From: a virus
IMG/VR virus record: IMGVR_UViG_3300045988_069167
Length of the DNA: 63,884 nt
Strand: one strand, 5' to 3'
The stretch's first letter is position 1. Each line of letters starts with the position of its first letter. Below the pieces are notes generated by a model. It had not been told where the DNA came from, searched no databases, and saw nothing but the letters and a program-made list of their open reading frames with translations. A program made the translations under genes and the position numbers. This document shows, piece after piece, positions 59,622 through 63,884 of this stretch.

Positions 59622-59639
59622 GTAAAGATTTTCGGAAAC

Positions 59640-59666
59640 GCAAAACTTTTTCGGGAAAAGTTTTGC
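59640..59666. promoter_or_regulatory. Candidate operator: perfect 11-bp palindrome with 5-nt spacer
   Basis: gcaaaactttt tcggg aaaagttttgc, in the divergent CI/Cro intergenic region. Confidence 0.5.
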
Positions 59667-59707
59667 AGATTCGCAATATTTAATTATGGTTTAAAAATGT
59701 AAAAGGT

Positions 59708-60067
59708 ATGGAAATGACTGTATTGCAGAGAGTTAACTATGTAATAGATAACTTTGGGAAGACTAAAAACTATTTCGCAAACGAAATAGGTATGAGTGGT
59801 ACTACAGTTTGGAGGCAATTGAAAGGTGAGCAAGCTTTGTCCTCTAAGCTAATAGAAGGTGTATTAACTGCTTATCCAGAAGTTTCTGCTGAATGGCTTT
59901 TACGTGGAACTGGGGATATACGATTAGAAAAAGAAACTGATATTGCGGAAACGCAAAACAATAAGGCAGATTCTGTATGGAAGGCGAAGTACGAGGAGTT
60001 AGAAAAACGCTATGACCAGCTACTATCCATCTTGGGCGGTGGTATGAGACAAGCAAATGTTGGATAA
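59708..60067 (+). CDS. CI-like repressor (HTH, phage CI repressor type)
   Basis: NYFANEIGMSGTTVWRQLKGEQALSSKLIEGVLTAYPEVSAEWLLRGTGD. Confidence 0.75.
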   Translation: MEMTVLQRVNYVIDNFGKTKNYFANEIGMSGTTVWRQLKGEQALSSKLIEGVLTAYPEVSAEWLLRGTGDIRLEKETDIAETQNNKADSVWKAKYEELEKRYDQLLSILGGGMRQANVG

Positions 60068-60083
60068 TTAAAATGTGGTAGGT

Positions 60084-60593
60084 ATGAAAAGATTATTTTT
60101 AGCTAGTTTTATGTTACTCTGTACATTTGTTGTATATGCACAGAGTTCTATTTGTGGTGTCGTGTTTGGCAGTGATTATGATTTTTCTAAAACACAGCTA
60201 GAAAACAAGTTTGGTGATAGCTATTTTGCCGATGAAAATGATATAATATATAAAGGAAAGGAATATGCTGGTTTTTACTTTTCTACTATATTGTTTGGAT
60301 TTCAACGTACTCTAAATGAAAGCTACTTTAATAAATGTATCTTTGTTATAGAGTGTTCTTCTGTGCAAGAAGCAAAAACTACAAGAGATTATTTGAAAAA
60401 TAAATTTGAAAAGAAATATGGAGAATTAGATACGTACAAAGATACCAAAGGATTTTTATATTATCAAGGTGGTGAATCTCCTTTGAATAGTGATTATTAT
60501 GGGTTTTGTATTGATGTCTTTAAATATGATAGAGGGGTATATGCTGCAAGAATAACGTATGGTCCATATAATTATTTAAATGAAGAGTTTTAA
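60084..60593 (+). CDS. Secreted hypothetical protein (moron)
   Basis: The ATG at 60084 gives the signal peptide MKRLFLASFMLLCTFVVYAQS. Confidence 0.65.
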   Translation: MKRLFLASFMLLCTFVVYAQSSICGVVFGSDYDFSKTQLENKFGDSYFADENDIIYKGKEYAGFYFSTILFGFQRTLNESYFNKCIFVIECSSVQEAKTTRDYLKNKFEKKYGELDTYKDTKGFLYYQGGESPLNSDYYGFCIDVFKYDRGVYAARITYGPYNYLNEEF

Positions 60594-60595
60594 TT

Positions 60596-60871
60596 ATGAA
60601 ACATATAGTATTACTTTTCGCCATCATCCTGATGGCATCATGCAGCAGTTCTTCCAAGAAGTCTGCTGATGTAGAACCTGAGAAGAAGGAGTCTGCCGTA
60701 AAGTCGGCTGGCTCTAGTGATAATGTTTTCATCTGTACTGGCAGTTCATCCAAGCGTTACCATTGTGACAGAGATTGCAAAGGTCTCTCTCGCTGCTCAG
60801 GAGAAATAGAAGAGTTAAGTGAAGAGGAAGCTGAGGATATGGGCAGAACTCCTTGCAAGATATGTTATTAA
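60596..60871 (+). CDS. Small lipoprotein with C-terminal Cys/His zinc-binding-like motif (moron)
   Basis: MKHIVLLFAIILMASCSSS lipobox-like signal. C-terminus KRYHCDRDCKGLSRC...RTPCKICY. Confidence 0.65.
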   Translation: MKHIVLLFAIILMASCSSSSKKSADVEPEKKESAVKSAGSSDNVFICTGSSSKRYHCDRDCKGLSRCSGEIEELSEEEAEDMGRTPCKICY

Positions 60872-60887
60872 TTTAAATGTGGTAGAT

Positions 60888-61331
60888 ATGAAAAGATTAT
60901 TATTTGTAATTATATGTGTTCTATCCTCAATGGTTGTTAGCGCACAGACTATTTCTGCAAAAGAAAAGGCTGTTGTAAGACAGCAGTTTATCAATTTTTG
61001 TAAAGACATGAATCAGCAGCTTCCTGCTCAGGTTGATGAAATAACCACGTTAAATTCGATAGCTTTTATCAATTGGACAATGACATCAACTTATACCGTA
61101 GATATGGATGCTAGTGATGTTTCAGCGGAGGATATGGCTTTGTTTAAAAGTTGTATGCACGATGGTCTTAAAGAAATGGCTCAAAAGATGCTTGCTAGTG
61201 GTTCATATCAGTTGACACGTTCAAAATTTAGAGCATTTATGAAAGTTGTCGGATTGAAGTTCAGGGCAACATATAAGGATATTTATAGTAACTTCATGTT
61301 TTCGGTTTTGTTAGATTATACAGATTTTTAA
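60888..61331 (+). CDS. Secreted hypothetical protein (moron)
   Basis: The ATG at 60888 gives the signal peptide MKRLLFVIICVLSSMVVSAQT. Its 5' region is duplicated from the gene at 60084. Confidence 0.65.
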   Translation: MKRLLFVIICVLSSMVVSAQTISAKEKAVVRQQFINFCKDMNQQLPAQVDEITTLNSIAFINWTMTSTYTVDMDASDVSAEDMALFKSCMHDGLKEMAQKMLASGSYQLTRSKFRAFMKVVGLKFRATYKDIYSNFMFSVLLDYTDF

Positions 61332-61341
61332 AATATAAATT

Positions 61342-61818
61342 ATGGAACAGAAAGTTAATGAAACAAAGAATGTAGAAGGACAGAAGTTTTCTACAGATTG
61401 GTACGAAAAGCAGAATCCAACCAATAAGGATGGTAATGAGTTGAACGGCTTTACGTCTATATTGTTGTGGCTATGCGCTGTCTGTCAGATTTTTCGCTCA
61501 TTCATGGGGATTGCAACAGGCTTTATAATGATGGGCTTGGATTCTAATGCTGGAGCATTGAAGATTTTAGGTAGCGTGTTGAGTGTTTTGATTGCTGTAG
61601 CTATCATTTTGATAGTTAACAAGAAAAAGTATGGAATCTACGCCTTCTTCGCTATTGAAATCATCTATGTTATCCTAGGTGGTGTCATTGGCGGTGGAAC
61701 AGCGTATGTTTTAGGACAATATGCTTTTGCTGCCTTGTTCCAAACAATATTGTTGTCTATTCTCCTTTGTTTTAAAAAGAACGGAAAGACTGGATGGAAG
61801 GTTGTTCTTGGGAAGTAG
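61342..61818 (+). CDS. Integral membrane protein (about 4 TM helices)
   Basis: 158-aa ORF with hydrophobic helices after a polar N-terminus. Confidence 0.65.
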   Translation: MEQKVNETKNVEGQKFSTDWYEKQNPTNKDGNELNGFTSILLWLCAVCQIFRSFMGIATGFIMMGLDSNAGALKILGSVLSVLIAVAIILIVNKKKYGIYAFFAIEIIYVILGGVIGGGTAYVLGQYAFAALFQTILLSILLCFKKNGKTGWKVVLGK

Positions 61819-61873
61819 TATGTTTTTATTTTCCCAACTAAGAAAAAAATATTTTCCCAACTGGAAAAATAAA

Positions 61874-62287
61874 ATGGCTGAGATAACTAACGAACAGAAG
61901 TTGTATGTGCTGCTGGACAATATTCGAGATAAGTCCGAGTATGAGCAGGAGGTATGGGGTATTATTTACGACCACGTATCTCCTGATGATGCTTGGAAAG
62001 AGGGTGTTGCAGAACTATTGGTGAAGAGCGAATACCTCAACCGAGGGTATGCCTATAGTAACCAAGAATCCAGGGTGGTGTATAGTGTTACCAAGCAGGG
62101 CAGGAGCCAGATACCAATCCTTTGGAATGGCAGTACGTTGAAGAAAGAGCATGAGGAGGAAGTGAAGGCTCTAAAAGAAGAATCGAAGTTTAAAAATAGA
62201 CACGAAAATATTGCCGAGATTATCAAGCTAATCTTGGCGGCTTGTGTCGGTGCTTTGATTCAAAAGATTGCTGATTTATTATTTTAA
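61874..62287 (+). CDS. Hypothetical protein with C-terminal TM anchor
   Basis: 137 aa counted from MAEITNEQKLY. C-terminus IIKLILAACVGALIQKIADLLF. Confidence 0.55.
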   Translation: MAEITNEQKLYVLLDNIRDKSEYEQEVWGIIYDHVSPDDAWKEGVAELLVKSEYLNRGYAYSNQESRVVYSVTKQGRSQIPILWNGSTLKKEHEEEVKALKEESKFKNRHENIAEIIKLILAACVGALIQKIADLLF

Positions 62288-62437
62288 AATAATTCGGCTA
62301 TTATAAATCCAAGCAAGAAGCATACAACAAGCTCGAAAGGGTCTGTATCTTTGAATATATCGAATATCTCCATGGAGGCAAAGTTACGACTTTTTCCTGA
62401 ATAGTCATGTATGATTTACAGAGTTTAACACAATAAG

Positions 62438-62464
62438 AGGCATCGAGTGTAATTCCCGATGCCT
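62438..62464. terminator. Hairpin terminator between convergent genes
   Basis: aggcatcg(11 nt)cgatgcct followed by ttatt. Lies just downstream of the integrase stop. Confidence 0.6.
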
Positions 62465-62470
62465 TTATTG

Positions 62471-63634
62471 TCATTTATCGAAGAACTTATCAATGAGTCC
62501 TACGGCTTCATCCTTCTTCTTATCTATAATCTTAGCGTATATCTCGGTGGTGGAAATGTCTGTATGACCCAGCAGCTTGCTTGTCGTGTAGATGTCGGCT
62601 CCCAGTGTAAGCATCATCGTTGCAAAGGTATGTCTGGCACAATGGAAGGTAATCTTCTTCTTGATGCCAGCAGCTTCCACCCATTCCTTAACCGTATAGC
62701 ATAGGCAGGAGTGCTGAACCAATCCCTTGAATATCACATCATCCTCTCCCTTCTCAGGCAGCCACTTCATGGCTTCCTTGGAGAGATTGTAGGTGATGTT
62801 CTTCTTGGTCTTTGTCATTCTGAGGGTGAGTCTATGCTTTTCTTCTCCATCTTCCGTATAAGTCTCAATCTGAGACCATCTTAACTTCCTGATGTCGGAG
62901 ATTCTGAGACCACAGAAACAAGAGAACATGAAGGCATTCTTGACAAGAGGAAATCGGCATTTCGTCTCAGCCAGCAGCTTCACTTCATCAATGCTCAAAA
63001 ATTCCCGTTCGGTTTCAATACCCTTAGGTAAATCATCTTTAGATATATCCTGAGCAGGGTTGTGCTTGATGATGCCTTCTTCCACTGCAACCTTCAAGAC
63101 CTTACAAAGGTACTTGTAGTATGTAATGCGGGAGTTAATATGAAGGTGCTCCTGGCTTTGTCTTCTCATCCTGTAGTTCCTGAGGTGCTGCATGAATCCC
63201 TTGCAGAAGTTCTTATCAATATCCTTCATCTGCACTTGGTCACCCTTGTAGAGTAGGAGGTGATTTTTCAGGATTTTCAGGATTCTGTTAGGGTCGCTGT
63301 CTGATGTTGATGTCTTCGCCTTCTTCTCTGCAAAGATGTCGATCACATCAAAGAGTTTCATCTTGCTTTTGTTGGTTTCAAGTCCAGCCAATCCGTTCTT
63401 GATGTCGAGCACACGCTGTGCCTTGATTACATTCACTACTGCCATAGTCTCTGCATTCTTTCTTCTCGCCTCAGTTCTGTCTCTTCCCTTTTCGGGCACA
63501 AGATATAGTTTGAGGAACTCATACTTGCGCTTTCCATCTTGGTAAATATCAAGATAGATGCTCTGGTTTCCGTTTGCCAGTTCCTTGAATCTGATAGTGA
63601 CTGGCTCTTTTTCGATTGTTTTCTTCCTTCCCAT
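62471..63634 (-). CDS. int: Tyrosine site-specific integrase (Bacteroidota type with N-terminal arm-binding domain)
   Basis: The N-terminal VTIRFKELANGNQSIYLDIYQDGKRKYEFLKLYL is typical of Bacteroidota integrases. Catalytic region CARHTFATMML...LLGHTDISTTEIYAKI. Start taken at MGRKKTIEK (63634). Confidence 0.9.
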   Translation of the reverse strand: MGRKKTIEKEPVTIRFKELANGNQSIYLDIYQDGKRKYEFLKLYLVPEKGRDRTEARRKNAETMAVVNVIKAQRVLDIKNGLAGLETNKSKMKLFDVIDIFAEKKAKTSTSDSDPNRILKILKNHLLLYKGDQVQMKDIDKNFCKGFMQHLRNYRMRRQSQEHLHINSRITYYKYLCKVLKVAVEEGIIKHNPAQDISKDDLPKGIETEREFLSIDEVKLLAETKCRFPLVKNAFMFSCFCGLRISDIRKLRWSQIETYTEDGEEKHRLTLRMTKTKKNITYNLSKEAMKWLPEKGEDDVIFKGLVQHSCLCYTVKEWVEAAGIKKKITFHCARHTFATMMLTLGADIYTTSKLLGHTDISTTEIYAKIIDKKKDEAVGLIDKFFDK

Positions 63635-63657
63635 AAGCCTACAATTTAAATCTGCCG

Positions 63658-63665
63658 CAAAGATA
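63658..63665 (-). promoter_or_regulatory. -7 box TATCTTTG (minus strand) for int
   Basis: caaagata on the + strand, 24 nt upstream of the ATG at 63634. Confidence 0.5.
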
Positions 63666-63677
63666 AGGAATATTTTT

Positions 63678-63854
63678 GTTACTGCCAAGGTTTTCAGTAA
63701 CAAATGAGTAACAAACGAGTAACAAAACTGCTATATATCTACTATATACCTACTAATATCTACTTGTTAAATAATTTGTATTTTTAAATTCTAAAATGCT
63801 GATATTCAGTTATTTACATATATAGTAGATGTATAATGGGTAGTAGTTGTTACT
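63678..63854. repeat. AGTAAC hexamer cluster (candidate arm-type sites), between int and the 24-nt core
   Basis: gttact at 63678-63683 and 63849-63854 (inverted). Three tandem AGTAACAAA units at 63696, 63707 and 63718, i.e. an exact 11-nt period. Confidence 0.55.
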
Positions 63855-63860
63855 TAGTAG

Positions 63861-63884
63861 AAAGGTTTCTCTGTAAAAAGTCCA
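63861..63884. repeat. Terminal direct repeat, copy 2
   Basis: Exact 24/24 match to 1-24. Confidence 0.95.

Larger units (their letters stand above)
1..63884. mobile_element. Complete temperate phage genome / precisely bounded prophage, podovirus-like gene content, probable Bacteroidota host
   Basis: Identical 24 nt at both window ends. Integrase, CI/Cro-like switch, antirepressor, ERF/SSB/exonuclease, TerL, portal, HK97-like capsid, tail fibre and lysis cassette are all present. TAnnTTTG promoter boxes occur in most intergenic regions. Confidence 0.85.

Noticed and set aside
59946-59959. A second copy of cggaaacgcaaaac inside the repressor coding region, considered as a distal operator.
   Set aside because: A 14-mer recurrence is within chance expectation for this sequence length. 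It is kept only as a remark under the switch finding.
1-63884. A search by eye for CRISPR arrays, a diversity-generating retroelement (RT plus TR/VR), transposase or IS elements, and toxin-antitoxin pairs.
   Set aside because: No regularly spaced direct repeats, no reverse-transcriptase or transposase motifs, and no template/variable repeat pair were seen.

Overview
The 63,884-nt window is a complete temperate phage genome, or a precisely bounded prophage. Nt 1-24 are identical to nt 63861-63884. The host is most likely a member of the Bacteroidota: many intergenic regions carry TAnnTTTG -7 boxes, and the integrase, excisionase-type HTH and DUF3127-like SSB are of Bacteroidota type. Layout: (i) att/arm region plus a long ORF-free leader (1-791). 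(ii) Three putative internal/ejection protein genes (2031-20516), dominated by one uninterrupted 16,644-nt ORF of 5,547 aa (26% of the genome). It looks like a polyvalent protein, with two HExxH zincin modules, a duplicated module, an inorganic-pyrophosphatase-like module, a complete C5 DNA methyltransferase domain and a C-terminal membrane region. (iii) Unknown late genes (20.7-24.8 kb). (iv) A leftward tail-fibre / terL block (24.8-33.3 kb) with a rhomboid-family intramembrane protease gene wedged next to terL. (v) A rightward scaffold / capsid / portal / holin / GH19 endolysin / u-spanin block (33.4-42.8 kb). (vi) A leftward accessory and recombination block (42.8-56.6 kb) containing a MazG-like gene, a multiply frameshifted multi-TRD C5-methyltransferase, VRR-NUC, SSB, a PD-(D/E)XK exonuclease and ERF. 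(vii) About 1 kb with no ORF in any frame, holding a tRNA(CAU)-like gene and a possible large structured RNA. (viii) The lysogeny region: Xis-like HTH, Rha/KilAC antirepressor, Cro/CI-like switch, a cluster of secreted or lipoprotein morons, and a tyrosine integrase. No tail tube, tape measure, prohead protease, CRISPR array, reverse transcriptase or replicative polymerase/helicase was recognised. All functional calls rest on motif reading by eye. No database search was run.
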